Shown: positions 50,828 through 64,000 of the stretch, in pieces
Position numbering within the stretch: the stretch's first letter is position 1
Layout of the letters: every line of letters begins with the position of its first letter
From: Nemertoderma westbladi
Lineage: Eukaryota; Animalia; Xenacoelomorpha
Assembly: GCA_032718475.1 (NCBI GenBank)
Contig: JAUCBJ010006518.1
Span: forward strand, 10,339-74,338
Direction of reading: 5' to 3'
Length of the DNA stretch: 64,000 nucleotides
Notes under the pieces: generated by a model
Seen by the model: the letters and a program-made list of their open reading frames with translations, nothing else
What the model was told of the DNA's origin: nothing
The model's database searches: none
Translations under genes and position numbers: made by a program

Positions 50828-51764
50828 TTAATTGTTGTGCCTAAAAACCTGTTTAAAACAAATGACCCCACCCATACCAACCTGCTGTCTGTCCCATGTC
50901 TAGAATCGGTAGCAATTTTTTAGTATTTAATAATGATATCAGTATAAGTCTGCCAAATGGGGGTATTAATTATATATCGTGTGCAAATTAATTAGTTTGG
51001 TATTAATTAATAATTGTTATTGGGGTTCTTTATTAATTAATTTGTGCTGGTGTGTCTATTACTTGCGAATTTATGCTCTGAGTTTGTAATTAATTAATCC
51101 GCTTTCTCATCTAATTATCTAACAATCTTTTAGGTGGGCCATAATTTTTGGTTTCTATATTTTAATATTATTATTGTAGGCCTACAATTTTTGCCATAAC
51201 TTAGCTCAACCATTATTTGATTTCCTGAAACTTAAATTATAACCATTCCTATATTGCATGAAGCTTGTTATAGAATAGAATGAAATAACATAGAAAATAG
51301 AATAGACATAGAATAGACATAGAAAACAAATAGAATGAAAAATCCAAAAATATCCTAGTGTGGTGCCAGTGTTATTGTAGATTTAGAAGTCTATTGATTT
51401 TCGTCTCCTTTGGTATGAATTACATACGTAAAGGTTTTGGTTAATAGCTAACAAAATTATTGTTAAAAACCAATAATTAGCGATCCAATCATTCAATTAA
51501 GAGTCCCTATTAGAGCTTGTGACGTCACATCATTATGATTTTTCATAAATAGTTTTCATTAATAATATTCACTGGATGTAAAATGTTATTTGTATTGATT
51601 TCGGTTTATGATTTAATGATAAATTATCGACTATATTGTGGATATTGTTTGGTTTCAATTATTTGACGCGATTTTAGGAAATTCATTGTTTGAATCATTC
51701 CAAGATAGACTATTTATCCGTATTAATAATTGTATTGGCGTAGAAACTTGTGCGGAATTATTTA

Positions 51765-51778
51765 CGCCCCCTAGTGAC
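51765..51778 (-). promoter_or_regulatory. Single CTCF-like motif (GTCACTAGGGGGCG)
   Basis: Near-consensus match ~1 kb downstream of the myosin stop. Confidence 0.3.
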
Positions 51779-54700
51779 GCGGTAGCCCAACGATTTACTA
51801 TACCCAGCTCCATCTAATGGTATTTTGTTGTATTGCCGAATTCATTGGGTGTGTTTGTGACCCACGCTAGGCGGATTTTAGCTTAGGTATATCAAATAAT
51901 TTCAACGTACATTGTCTTGTCTCTTTTGTCAGCTATATATGTTATTATAAAATAATTATATTATTATATTTACTATTCTATTATTTACAGTGATTTGAGT
52001 ATTATAATGTTGGATACAGAATGACGTCACTTGACCTTTTTGTTATGCTTATTGAAGGCGCACATCACAATTGGAAAATAAAAGGTTGTGGAAATACACA
52101 TTCTGAAAATCGCGAATTCATTCAGCAAGGGAGACAACCTCCCCCCCCCCCCCCCCCCATTTTTGCGGTAGCTAATAGAATTGTGCTACGCGGCAGCCAC
52201 GTTTTATTTACTCACCTCTAACAACTATTATAGTCCAAAATTCAGTGAAATAATTAAGGTTTGCAAAATGTTACCCATCGGGGACAACATTATTGTGTTA
52301 CCCAGTGTAAAATTTTTATGACATATGGTGCATATGTATTACACCGGGGACAGTCTACCAAATTTGTCATTATTGTGCGGTTGACACTATTGTTGTTACC
52401 TATTTAACTGAGCTGCTGAGTGCTGATGGTGGACCGGACCCCATCTCAATATATGAGCTCTACAAAATGTATTACGAACACAATGTGAATACTAGCTCCT
52501 ATTGTAAGACCGCTATAAGATAGAGTCTTTGAAGGAATGTAATTTAGTGGGGTTGAATTAAAACATTACGGCGCGAAATACAGAAAAGTAGCAAAACTGG
52601 ATTAATTTTTTTGTAAATAAATAAAGTTTCTCAAAACCCAACGTTTTATAGGACTATTATTCGATAAAATAAAAGTAAGCGGAAAATATCGCTTTTTTCA
52701 CTCATTGTAAATTTAGCGAAATTCAACTATTCTGTACGAGTGGTTGAGTTTTACACGAGCAGGCAGGTTTTTGGCACGAGCGAAGCGAGTGTTACAATGC
52801 CAACGAGATTTTTTTTTTCAGAAAAAAAAATAGTTAAAAAAAATAATTTTTTAAACTAATTTTCTGGTAATTAGTGAAAATATTTAGAGTAATTAACTCA
52901 ATTTTAAAAATATTAGTGAGAAAAAGAGCCTTTGTCAAATAATTACATAATATTCTCACAAAGAATAGGTAGGACCAGGTTGGAGACAAGCCTATTACCG
53001 AAGGGAGACTTGATCTCCAAAAATCGTTCTGAAGAACAATTAAATGAATTTTTCAATGCCGTTTTAACTTTATCACATTACATTTATGATTTCTATCATT
53101 ATGTGAAAGTTTGAGAATATCAACCTTTAAACTTTTTAAATTAAACCAATAATTCATATTTTCAAAAAAGCATCAAGTCTCCCTCAATGTGGGGAGACTT
53201 GACCCCTAGGGTGGGAGACTTGAATCCCCATTCGCATTTTTGTGAATTTGTACAAAAATCCATTAGAGGTGAAATAATTACATGTTCAACATCAACATTA
53301 AAAATGCGATTATTATTTTGTCAAATTATTATCCCAAATTTTATATAATAATATGGTCGTTCAAGTGGTTCTAACAAAATCGAAATAAATAATGAAAGTC
53401 CATTAAAACTGCAATAAAATGTAACTCAGCAAGGCACTTTGTAATAATAATATAATAATATTAATAATACTTCACCAGCTAAAAGCATGTCTTAAAGTGT
53501 GGAATCTTATAAAAAAATAAAATCCGACAAAAACGACATTTACTTTTAACCCAGAAAACGTTTATTCGCAAAAAAATAACCAAAAGGTAATAAAACATTG
53601 TTGCCTACAAGTATTTTGAACATTTTTGTGCGGATAGTATTGTCAAATAATTTACAATAGTTTTTGAGTTATTCAAAGAATCAAGTCTCCCTCATTTATT
53701 GTAGGAACTGATCTAGTCTCACTCTCCCAAAAGGGTTATCCTTAGTTTCACAAAGGGAACAGGACCAGGTTGCGATGGAGACCAGCTCTATAATTGAACT
53801 GTTTATCGTCTCAAAGAGAATGGATCAATATGTTTGATAATTTTGTATCAGCTAATTACCTCTCTCTCACACAAATTTGTAACTCCGTTCAGATATAACC
53901 TTATGTTTTTCAGCCATATGGATCCTATTCATAACTTTATAATATTTCACTATAACATGAAATTCCAAATAATTCTTGTTTGTTTATTTATCACTTGTAT
54001 TTGATTAGCTCTAGGCACCAATATCCCGAGCGAGGGCGGTCGGGGTCTTTGCAATCTACACATCTGATGGCGTCTCCGACAAAGCCACAAGAAGATCTCG
54101 AGAAATTGGAGCCCTTATCAGAACCAACTGAATGAAACAATAATATCCGCATAATGTTTACCTGTTAAATGTATTTTTTGACTCTGGGTCATATTGTATG
54201 GCAAACATTTGGTATTTTTATTTGCTAATATTTTCGCCTATGTGAAGAATACCAGGTTTTCACTTTTCGTTCGAAATTTTGTTGAAATTTATTATGAAGA
54301 ATTTTGTATTTTTTTTATAAATTTCTCCGTAGCGATAATTATACCGCTACTTCGAGGTTCGCCCCACTTTCCATTTAATATGAATCAAGTGGTCTCGGAA
54401 CATTTCTGTTCTGTAACCTGCTCAATAAAAATTGCTTGCTTTTATTAATGTTAGTCCGAATTCCGTAAGAAAAATATCATCCATGTTAAAAATAAATCAA
54501 TATCTAACTAATCAAATTCACAATAATTTTCTTGGGACGGCCGACCCAAGAAAAATTAATTTAGGAACTTAACTTCGGTGATAGGGAGCAGTGGAGCAAT
54601 AACCAATATAATATTAGGCCTACTAAGTAAAAAATAATTTCTTACATGAAAAAAAACATTTATTACACACGTAAAAAATATATTTTAAGACGTAAAAAAT

Positions 54701-55976
54701 TATTTATTAGTCGAAAAATGTTAAATTTGTAGAGTTACAGTAGAAATATTGACGAATAAAAATACCAAATGTAGGCCTGCCGTATGCCATATTATTTTGT
54801 TAATGGCGCTACTTTCAAGTTTGATGCATGACGCTATGCTATATTAGTATTTGTGAAAACATTAATTATGCTTAAAATTATACCGTACCAGTAATAGAGT
54901 CCAGTCTAATATCAATTTATGTAGGCCTACGCGAAGAGAAGCCTACGCGTAGCTCATAATGTATTGAGACTATTTAAATAACTTAAGTTACTTCATACTA
55001 GTGTTTAAACGGGATCAGACTTTTCGGGATTTCCGGGATCGGGACCGGGATTACCACACTCGGGATCCAGATTTTCGTGTTCGGGATTGCAATTTTGAAT
55101 AAAAATATCTTAAAGTTTTCAGTATATTGCTGTGTTAGTTTAAAATGGGTTTTTGGCAAAATTATATCACTTTAAATCACACTGCTGAAATATTAATGGG
55201 AAAATTATTTATTCTACATATGTGATGCTGTATTTCAATGCTACCACCTTCCCCTTGCGTATTTGAAGCTTGTATTACTGTATTGGCTACAGTTGTACTG
55301 TAGTCGGGACATCGCTGGGAAAGGATTGCTATGTGAGAACTGTTGGTACATTTGCGGTTCAGTGACAAAAACCTATCCCCTATTCCCTGCCCTGTCGTCT
55401 ATTTCTAGGCCGATTGACACATATCAGTCATATGGGTAACTTTAAGAAAAATCCAAAATAGTGAATTTTCAACATCGATCATCATTACAGAAAATCATGA
55501 TTTTTTAATGGATTTTTTTGTTGAAATTACAATTTTTACTAGTTATCAAATTGCACAATTTCTTGAATTTTCCTGCAATTCGTCTGATTATCTATCTACA
55601 TACAGACACACCCTATGTTGGGTATATTTAATGAGGTGACAATTGTACGGTAAGACCATCCGATTTTACCTTTCACGCAGCACGTAAAAAAAAACGCGCA
55701 TACGTTTTCATTCATTCTTATCTTCTTGTCTTTTATAAGTACTGCAGGTCTACTGTACGACTACACTGTAAAACTGCACACTAATAGTCAAGGGATCCCT
55801 TGCGGATATTGGGATATTTATTGGTTTTGTCCACCCGTCTGCCCTTCAGTGTAACCCGTTCATTTACTAACCTGCATAATCCTCTTGCAACAATGGATAG
55901 CTTTCTGACTTTCGTTTAATGTTTTGGATTCATCCGCCTGGTTTAACGCTCATTTACCTACAGTACTACTATTTTA

Positions 55977-56522
55977 GTGTCAGGTGAGGACCTTCGAATA
56001 CGTAAGGGAAAGGCATGGGCAGCCTTGAATAGGCTTTCCAGGATTTGGAAGTCACCGAGAATTAATCGGAAACTTAAGGTCCGATTATTTAGAGCAGCAG
56101 TAGTTCCAGTACTCCTCTACGGGAGTCCATGCTGGGCTCTAACTGCTGAGGACACCAAATCTCTGGGTGGCACATTCACAAGAATGCTACACCGGGTTCA
56201 TTGTGTCAAGTACAATGCACACATCTACAACCAGACACTATATAACATTGGAGGTGTCTCATTGGTTCCCCCAAGCTTGACACTAGAACAAAATCGCCTC
56301 CGCTTTGCAGGACATTGCTTTCGCCGTGAGGACCAGCCAGTGCATAATCTTGTACTTTGGCAGCCTCATGGAGTGAATAAGCATGGTGGACAGCCCATGA
56401 CTTTCTTGAGACGCATCTTAAAGGACACTGGCCTTAAAGATTCGGATGATCTAGCAAATGTCATGGGTGATAGGGAGTTGTGGCGGTGCAATTTTGTTGA
56501 CAAGCCGGCACAGCATTCTTAA
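55977..56522 (+). mobile_element. 5'-truncated non-LTR retrotransposon (RTE-like), C-terminal post-RT region
   Basis: RKGKAWAALNRLSRIWKS...LKVRLFRAAVVPVLLYGSPCW...RLRFAGHCFR...DRELWR is typical of the RTE-clade ORF C-terminus. Confidence 0.85.
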
Positions 56523-56738
56523 AAATGCAGCTGCAATGCAGCATGCCGATCCTAGTAGTACTACTATTTTAAACGTGCTGACGTGTAAACCTTTGTTTAT
56601 TGTTTTGGTTATATCCTTACGTCGTTGTCGCGATAAAGTAATTCGGACTCAGTAAAATGACGTTTTATTCATTCTATCATAAACTCGGTTTTCGTTTTAT
56701 GCGATATTTTAAAAATTAATATCTTTGTTTTCAAGTCA

Positions 56739-57016
56739 AAGTAAGTAAAGTAAAGTAAATTTTCTTCGGCCGCTAGGTCAGGGATTACGCACAAAGTCTG
56801 ACGACTTATTTCCAGTGCGGTCCCCCCAGAACTTTACTCCCCAGAGGAAACTCCAGTACTCATTTAGCTACCAATTAAGGATGCAAGGCAGAGCTGCGCC
56901 CTGGCTGGCCCCTTTAAAGCATTCGTGCCGAAATGAAAACTGCCCTGGCCCATGTGAGGATCGAACTCACGACTACAGGAGATGTGAATTCAATGCAACC
57001 ACTACACCAAGGTGGA
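56739..57016 (-). mobile_element. tRNA-derived SINE
   Basis: Minus strand: A box TGGTGTAGTGG (57009-56999), B box GTTCGATCC (56966-56958), ~270-bp body, (TTTAC)n tail. Confidence 0.7.
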
Positions 57017-57109
57017 ACCTTGGCGAATATAACAGCTCACACAGCTTCCAACTCACCTCTGCACTCTGATCCATTACTAACCGGGCAATGGTGACTTCAG
57101 TTTAAGTTT

Positions 57110-58730
57110 AGGTGATTTCAGGATCGCAATAATTTTTCTTGTCCGTTTAAATCCTTTTTTTTGTCCTTTTTTTTTACTTTTTATGTCCTTTTTTTTTTAC
57201 TTTTTATGTCCTCCACAAATCTACCGTTGGGTTCCTTGCTACCGGTTTCTCTACTGCTGTTCTCTTAGGCTATAAGTACCGGTATTAGCTGATTAGTATA
57301 TATAGAGCACTATTTTGCAGTATTGCATTGTATGTAGGTATAAACTATAAAGCATATGCCTTAGAAATAATTATACTGTCTGACTGTATTATACTACATT
57401 ACAGAATTAGGTATTGACTCACTGATTCTGTGATATGTACAGTTTGTTGTAAATATGATAGGCCTAATTGCTGAATTGTGATAAAGTAGTCCATAGTATA
57501 AGTCATTTTGTTTTATTCACTGTTCAACTTTCTCCTGTTTATTATGTGCAGTTTTGTTTATACGCTTCTATGACAGCGGTATCTCCACCCACATAATATA
57601 GTAATAATAATGTAGTAGTTAATTTATTATAATAGTAATTTATTAATTACGGTAATTTCAGAATTTTAGTACCGGTACCGGTTTTACATACTTTATTGTT
57701 ATGTTCATGACATTTATTGTTTATTTATTGTTTTGGTTAGAAAATCCTGCCTCTGTAACATGCTCCTTTCCCTAATTTGGTAAAGTGACCGTTTATTGTT
57801 TTGGTTAGAAAGGCCCGCCTCTGTAACCTGCTCCTTTCCCTGATTTGGTAAAGTGACTGTTTATTGTTTTGGTTAGAAAATCTCGCCTCTGTAACCTGCT
57901 CCTTTCTCTAAAATGGTAATGTTATCGTTTATTGTTTTGGTTAGAAAATCCCGTCTCTGTAACCTGCTCCTTTCCCTGATTTGGTAAAGTGACTGTTTAT
58001 TGTTTTGGTTAGAAAATCCCGCCTCTGTAACCCGCTCCTTTCCCTCAATTAGTTGAATGATCGTTTATTGTTTTGGTTAGAAAGGCCCGCCTCTCTGCCT
58101 CTGTAACCTGCTGCTTTCCCTGATTTGGTAAAGTGACTGTTTATTGTTTTGGTTAGAAAATCCCGCCTCTATAACCCGCTCCTTTCCCTCAATTAGTTGA
58201 ATGATCGTTTATTGTTTGGGTTAGAAAGGCCCGCCTCTGTAACCTGCTCCTTTCCTTCATTTGGTAAAGTGACTGTTTATTTTTTGGTTAGAAAATCCGG
58301 CCTTAATCCTTAATCCTTTCCATCAATTGGTAATTGTTTTTGGCTATAAAATGAGTGTTTTGATACGTTATGTGGTAATCGATTATCGACAACAACCACA
58401 AACTATTAAATTTAGAGTCTTTTACCACAGGCGCATATGGAAATCTATCTCATAGTTTATAAATCATGGAATTTTGAATGTTTGGCACAGGCATAGTGAA
58501 ACCAACTGTCCGACAGACCAGAAATAAACAAATTTCGAATGTTTTGGCATAGGCTTGTTGAAATCAACTGTCTGACAGTCTAGAAATCAGCAGTGTGACA
58601 GTTTGAAGAAATACATACATAAAAAGGACAACAAAAGTCATTAAAAGGACAACAAAGGTCATTATGCACAATTCGTAAAAAAAGGACAAAAAAAGTCAAA
58701 TAAAAGGACATAAAAAATCACTGCCTTTCA
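57110..58730. mobile_element. Probable non-autonomous DNA element with inverted subterminal repeats
   Basis: Clusters of TTGTCCTTTT/TATGTCCT at 57135-57215 are mirrored by AAAAGGACAA/AGGACATA at 58620-58715; exact ends and TSD not resolved. Confidence 0.4.
57720..58345 (+). repeat. ~68-bp tandem repeat x ~9 (GTTTATTGTTTTGGTTAGAAA..CCCGCCTCTGTAACCTGCTCCTTTCCC...)
   Basis: Directly visible; same motif as the arms of the 1795-2470 element. Confidence 0.92.
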
Positions 58731-59809
58731 GGATTAGCAGATTAGGAGGGTCCCCTATTTGACACAAGTGCCCTAAAGTAAACTCAATGATGGGCTTTGG
58801 GACTATATATCACGGCTTGAAGTAAATGACTGTAATATATTATTCTTCCTTCAGTATGATTGTACCGTTTTCTACGGTCACGCTCACGTTACGCCTACAC
58901 TGCTACACCCCCACCTACCAACACACCCCTACATACAGTATACATGCTGACATGTACCGTCCTGCCATAAAGCCAATACATCTGACTGTCGACCCTCAAG
59001 CTCAAACTATTGATTCTCAATTACTGAATTATATTATGTTTCCTATCTCTCGTTTATTGTTTTGGTTCCTTTCAACCCGCCTCGGTAAACCTTCTTCGTT
59101 ATTAACTAACAGGTGTAAGTGTAGGCGTACCGGTGGCGTTTCGTTTACTCCCGTTTTAATTAGGGTTTCGGACCACCACTAGACTGCTAGACTAGAAGTA
59201 TGTAGGCCCTAGTTCTGTAGTTACAGTTACTTTGGACTTAGGCCTACTCAGCAACATTCTGAGGCTGACATGCAGTAGTAGGCCTAGCTGCCTAGTGTTA
59301 CTGCTACTGCTACAGGCTGACTCACAGATTGAGCGGCTAAGGCGAATTTTTCATTCAACGTCGCGTCGCTCTTCGCATTGGCAATCCCTCCTTGTGTGGC
59401 GTGTGGCGCCATCACCAAGTCTCAAGTCACCCTACGCCGCCATCATTTCATTTAGCCCTTACAACAGTACATACTGCTGTACTGCAGTACTGTATAGATT
59501 TATCCTTATGAATGCGGGCGGATGCATCGACTGAAATCGATCTGCGATGGATACCGGTAGGGCAGGCAGGTTAACTGTATAACTTTACCAAACAGAATAA
59601 TGAAATGAGTGAAAGTACCGGGTGGCTAAATTATTAATTATTTCTTTTGATAGTACCGATTTATTTTAATTTTTTATTTAGATTTACAATGTAGTACTGT
59701 AGTAGGCTTTTAATTTAATTACTACCATATTGGAATGAGATGCCCTACTGCCCTATGCTATACCGGTATATATATATTAATTACCCAGTACCATAGTATT
59801 TTTGGAAAA

Positions 59810-61180
59810 ATGTTATTGAATTCCAAAAATAATTCACCGAAACTTAATAAATCACCTGGATTAATTATAAAGAGAGACGAAGCTGACGGCGGCCATTATT
59901 CTGTAAATGTTGTCCCTGTATTATATAATGATGATATTTCCGAAGAATCTTATTTTATTGCAACACAGGAAAACAACAATTTAGACTTTGACTTTCCCTA
60001 CGGTATTGAAACTGAAGACCTGGATATTCATGATAAGAGTTATATTCATGTTAAATCGGAAACTGGTTATGGACCATCTGATGCCAGGACCTCTATAGAG
60101 CAAAATTATTATAGTCAAACCTCGCCTGAGAACGTTCCTCATTGTAGTGCAACTGATATCTCGCCTGAGAACGTTCCTCATTGTAGTGCAACTGATACCT
60201 CGCCTGATAACGTTCCTCATTGTAGTGCAACTGATATTTCTCCTGGGAACGTTCCTCATTGTAGTGCAACTGATATCTCTCCTGTGAACGTTCCTCATTG
60301 TTTTGCAACTGATACCTCGCCTGAGAACGTTCCACTTTGTAGTGCAACTGATATCTCTCCTGGGGGGAACGTTCCTCATTGTTGTGCAACTGTTACCTCG
60401 CCTGGGAACGTTCCCCATTCTAGTGCAACTGATTCCTCGCCTGGGAACGTTCTTCATCGTAGTGCAACTGATACCTCGCCTGGGAACGTTCCACGTTCTA
60501 GTGCAACTGATACCCCTTCATTTGGTGAGATACCTAATAACCGAATCAAGTTTAATTGCGTTGATTGCGGGAAAGAATTCAGCAACAAAGGCAATCGGAG
60601 CAGACACATCAACACTATTCATAAGGATACTAAGAAGTTCAATTGCATTTATTGTGATAAATCATTTACACAGAAAAGCCACCTGAATCTTCACGTTGAA
60701 TCTGTTCATTTTGGAATCAAGTATAAATGCGATGATTGTGATAAGTTGTTTACCCAGCAAATCGACTTAAGCAGACACGTCGACTCCATTCATAAAGGCC
60801 TTAAGTTTAATTGTTTTGATTGTGGGAAATTATTTTCTTCCAGGTACGGTTTACAGTTACACATTAAATCAGTTCACGACGAAATCAAATATAAATGCGT
60901 TGTTTGTGATAAACTATTTACCCAGCAAAGCAACTTAAAAAGTCACGTCGACTCTGTTCATAAATGTATTAGGAAGATAAAATGCTTTGATTGTGGGAAG
61001 GGATTCCGAGATAAAGGCCACCTTAACTGTCACATCGATACTGTCCACAAAGATGTTAAGAAGTTCAATTGCTTTGACTGTGGGAAATCATTTACTTCTA
61101 AGCGGGGCGTACAGTACCATATAGAATCATCTCACAAAAATAGTAAAAATATAAAAATAGCGCCGGAAATAGTATCATAA
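59810..61180 (+). CDS. C2H2 zinc-finger protein (7 fingers, C-X2-C-X12-H-X4-H) with a 13-aa repeat region
   Basis: ORF 59735..61180; likely start MLLNSK at 59810 after acceptor-like AGs; seven consecutive fingers from 60551 onward. Confidence 0.9.
   Translation: MLLNSKNNSPKLNKSPGLIIKRDEADGGHYSVNVVPVLYNDDISEESYFIATQENNNLDFDFPYGIETEDLDIHDKSYIHVKSETGYGPSDARTSIEQNYYSQTSPENVPHCSATDISPENVPHCSATDTSPDNVPHCSATDISPGNVPHCSATDISPVNVPHCFATDTSPENVPLCSATDISPGGNVPHCCATVTSPGNVPHSSATDSSPGNVLHRSATDTSPGNVPRSSATDTPSFGEIPNNRIKFNCVDCGKEFSNKGNRSRHINTIHKDTKKFNCIYCDKSFTQKSHLNLHVESVHFGIKYKCDDCDKLFTQQIDLSRHVDSIHKGLKFNCFDCGKLFSSRYGLQLHIKSVHDEIKYKCVVCDKLFTQQSNLKSHVDSVHKCIRKIKCFDCGKGFRDKGHLNCHIDTVHKDVKKFNCFDCGKSFTSKRGVQYHIESSHKNSKNIKIAPEIVS
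60119..60515 (+). repeat. Coding 39-bp minisatellite x10 (SPENVPHCSATDT)
   Basis: Visible in both DNA and protein; frame preserved. Confidence 0.95.
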
Positions 61181-62145
61181 TTAATTATGTTAGTTGTGAT
61201 AAGTAATGAAATGGTCCTTGTTCAGTCCTAGTTCCGGAGTTCGAACCCCTTCGTCGACTCTTCACCCGTATTATCTGCATCGAGGCTACCCGGTTACTCA
61301 TCTACCGGGACGGCTAGCAAAACAAGAATCTAAAGGGCGCGGGAAACTGTTGCACATCAGTAGCGAGCATTTCTCTATCAGCAGTCGCATTGATTCTATA
61401 ACGCTCTCGAACAAAAATTCCATTAGCGATAACAATTATAATAATCCTTATATTTTATGTTAAAATTAATTAATTTGTTGTTTAAGTTTGTTGTTCTAAT
61501 CATTTGCTAATAGATTAAGTAAAGTTGACACTCAATTACGCGTTTATTATATACTGAGTGTATGAATATGATACATTGATAATATTACTGTGATTATTTA
61601 TTGGAATTGGCTTGTCATTGTCCTTTCTTTCTCTAATTTTTCATGAAATTTTCATTTTTCTCATTTCTAATTTCTCTCATTTTTTAAGAGGTAGTAGAAA
61701 ATTTTATACATTTTCATGTTACTTGCCTAAATCTGATATTTTCTTATATCTTTGTATCTATTGACTCTTTTGAATTTCAACTTTTAATTTTCTGAATATA
61801 ACTAATATATAATAAAAGTTTACTTTAGAGAATTACTCACAGTTATTTGTACCCTGCAATTGTACATCGGGTAGTCTAAACCTTACTTGTTTGTTGTTAT
61901 TCTCCTTATGGACTTCTTTCCTTTCTTGTATCCACATCTCAATCACTTAAGGGATAAATAATAAAGACTCTGAATTTAATCTAAACTGTTTTTATATTTT
62001 TCCATAGCAGTATCTCTATGTTAATCAACCTCACCTCATCGCCTCATCGTCTTGATTTGGATGTGAAGCGATTATACTAACAAGAAACACATAATCGACA
62101 AACAGCAATCTGATTATATTAACTTTATAGACATTTTTAGTAGTG

Positions 62146-62796
62146 ATGAGTTCAGAAGAATTAACATCGTCCTGTTTGGGCAAAAAATCTTACTGGTGTG
62201 GCATTTATAGGGACGACTTTAACAATTACATGGATACAGGCGACCCTGGCGAGGAATGGTATGGTATGGGCTGTGTCAGCCGAGTTATTAAATGGATTGT
62301 AAAAGCGAATAAGTTTACCGCGGGGCCGATAGTTGATGTAGGTTGCGGTAACGGTATGCTTCTTATTAAACTAGCGGCGTTAGGCTTCACTAATCTTGTC
62401 GGTATTGATTACTCTTCTGAGGCTATAGATCTCGCTAGATGTATTGCTTCATCTAAAGATGAAAGCAATATAGAATTTCAGGTTGGCGATATTTTAGAGA
62501 AACAGAAAGACATTTTCTTGCATAAGTTTTGCTTATGTTTGGACAAGGGAACTTACGACGCGATCAGTTTGGGGGATAATTCCTTCGCAAATCGACAAAT
62601 CTACATATCTAACATTCGATCTCTTCTCCAAACCGATGGGCATCTATTTATAACTTCTTGTAATTGGACTTGTGAAGAATTAAAGGAACATTTTCGGGCC
62701 ACTTTTTATTTTGTCGAGGAGATACAGAGCCACAAGTTTACGTTCGGTGGCGTATCAGGGAAAAACGCAACGTCCGTTGTATTCAGATGTGCGTAG
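62146..62796 (+). CDS. EEF1AKMT2: EEF1A lysine methyltransferase 2 (METTL10/Efm4-like), single coding exon
   Basis: LGKKSYW, GDPGEEWYG, SAM-binding VDVGCGNG, GIDYS, LDKGTYDAISL, ITSCNWT and FTFGGVSG are family-diagnostic motifs. Confidence 0.93.
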   Translation: MSSEELTSSCLGKKSYWCGIYRDDFNNYMDTGDPGEEWYGMGCVSRVIKWIVKANKFTAGPIVDVGCGNGMLLIKLAALGFTNLVGIDYSSEAIDLARCIASSKDESNIEFQVGDILEKQKDIFLHKFCLCLDKGTYDAISLGDNSFANRQIYISNIRSLLQTDGHLFITSCNWTCEELKEHFRATFYFVEEIQSHKFTFGGVSGKNATSVVFRCA

Positions 62797-64000
62797 GGAA
62801 ATAGATTTTGGTGCCGGGTGCGTTATTTTGGGCTGTAGGGTGCGTTATTTTGGGCTGTAGGGTGCGAATTGCAGTAATAATATCATGTGCAGTACGTACA
62901 GTACATATAATAAATTCAACTATTATTAACATCGCAAAGCGTGTTGTTTTATGTTAATGACGGTGTGAAGGTATGTTTCTGTACAAAATTGTCGATGTGT
63001 TATGTCATTGAATAGGCGAATACTATAGACAGACCGAACCATATTGTTATCACACCACTCTCGACGCAATCAAAATTAATCTATCTCCTCACTCCGGGAA
63101 AAATCGACGCATATATTTTGAGCCAATATTTTTAAAAATAAATTAGAATTCTGACTCATCACTTAATAGTCGAAAAAAACAACCATCTCTATTATTAATA
63201 TTTAAATAATTAATTAAAGATTGTTTTGGTACAAATGATAAGAAAGGGTTAGGCTGGGCAGTGAAAATGACTTACGGCATCGCAGATTTGGGGGGGGGGG
63301 GGGGGGGGGGGGCTCTGGATGGACTCAATCAGAATTCATCCTCTCTCCAGGGCAAACATAACATCTGATTAGGCCTACACTGCTCCTTAAAATAAACTTG
63401 TAACTTTCGTTTATCGTTGTGGTTAAAAGCTACCGGTACTATGTCTGTCCTAACTCATGGAAAAATTAACACTGATATTCGATATAAATTCGCGGTGATA
63501 GGACTGGACGCAAAATTACCAATTTACTGTAGGGAAAGGAGCAGGTTACACTGGCCTTTTATTCTTCCAAAGCAATACACAAAATCAATGGAACATGTTA
63601 CGTACTTTTATGTTTGAGAGTAATCAGCTGTTATTTGTGTCGATTTTCCCCTGGAGAGGGATGAATTTTGATTGCTTCGATAGTATGAAATCTCCTATCT
63701 GAAAAACTGGGGTATAAACTAATAATATGGTTCCGTCTAGCTATATACAGTAGTATTACAGGTGTAAAGCCGTAGGCCTATTTAGCAATATTGAGATTTT
63801 GTAAATTTGCAATCACTGTAACAAACAATTACATCAATAGTGTTGTACCTTTGATGCTGTCAAATTATGGAGTGCTGTAATTAATTTCGTCGCAATGTCT
63901 GTATGGATACAGCGATATCCTGGATAAATTTCGCACTGTTTTGTTTCCCAGGTCATTAATTTTCAACGTTAGTGCTTACTCAAACCCAGCGGCACAATTT

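Noticed and set aside
52960-53790. Repeated GGGAGACTTGA / TCAAGTCTCCC motifs in both orientations
   Set aside because: Probably subterminal repeats of an old DNA transposon, but ends and TSD could not be defined, so it is not called.
55010-55092. Cluster of CGGGAT hexamers
   Set aside because: Looks like a transposon subterminal fragment; no partner end found.
61205-61260. B-box-like GAGTTCGAACCC suggesting a tRNA
   Set aside because: No convincing A box or cloverleaf could be built by eye; at most a decayed SINE fragment.
63290-63313. Poly-G run (and poly-C at 52141-52158)
   Set aside because: Simple homopolymers of uncertain length; no further structure evident.

Overview
Eukaryotic (animal) genomic DNA. 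The + strand carries the last 15 coding exons (1-50744, 974 aa, all intron phases consistent) of a non-muscle-type myosin II heavy chain: coiled-coil rod plus non-helical tailpiece. Nested antisense in one 10.7-kb myosin intron is a 4-exon gene (9461->2922, 529 aa). Its spliced product carries the motifs of bacterial heme-oxygenase-like diiron oxidases of the AetD/BesC type, followed by a second, ligand-less copy of the domain, and it has a probable mitochondrial presequence. The most striking architecture is that tandem repeats are built from splice signals. Four arrays (15, 38, 48 and 63 bp units) each repeat the end of an exon plus its 5' splice site. The largest is about 26 kb (~680 donor copies) and is directly followed by ~130 copies of TACTAAC. 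Another array amplifies the branch point of the last intron. Also present: a Helentron/HINE-like element carrying 9 CTCF-like motifs, a hAT MITE with an 8-bp TSD, a foldback element, an RTE-like LINE fragment, a tRNA-derived SINE, a 7-finger C2H2 gene and an EEF1AKMT2 (METTL10) methyltransferase. Copy numbers are estimates from array length divided by unit length.
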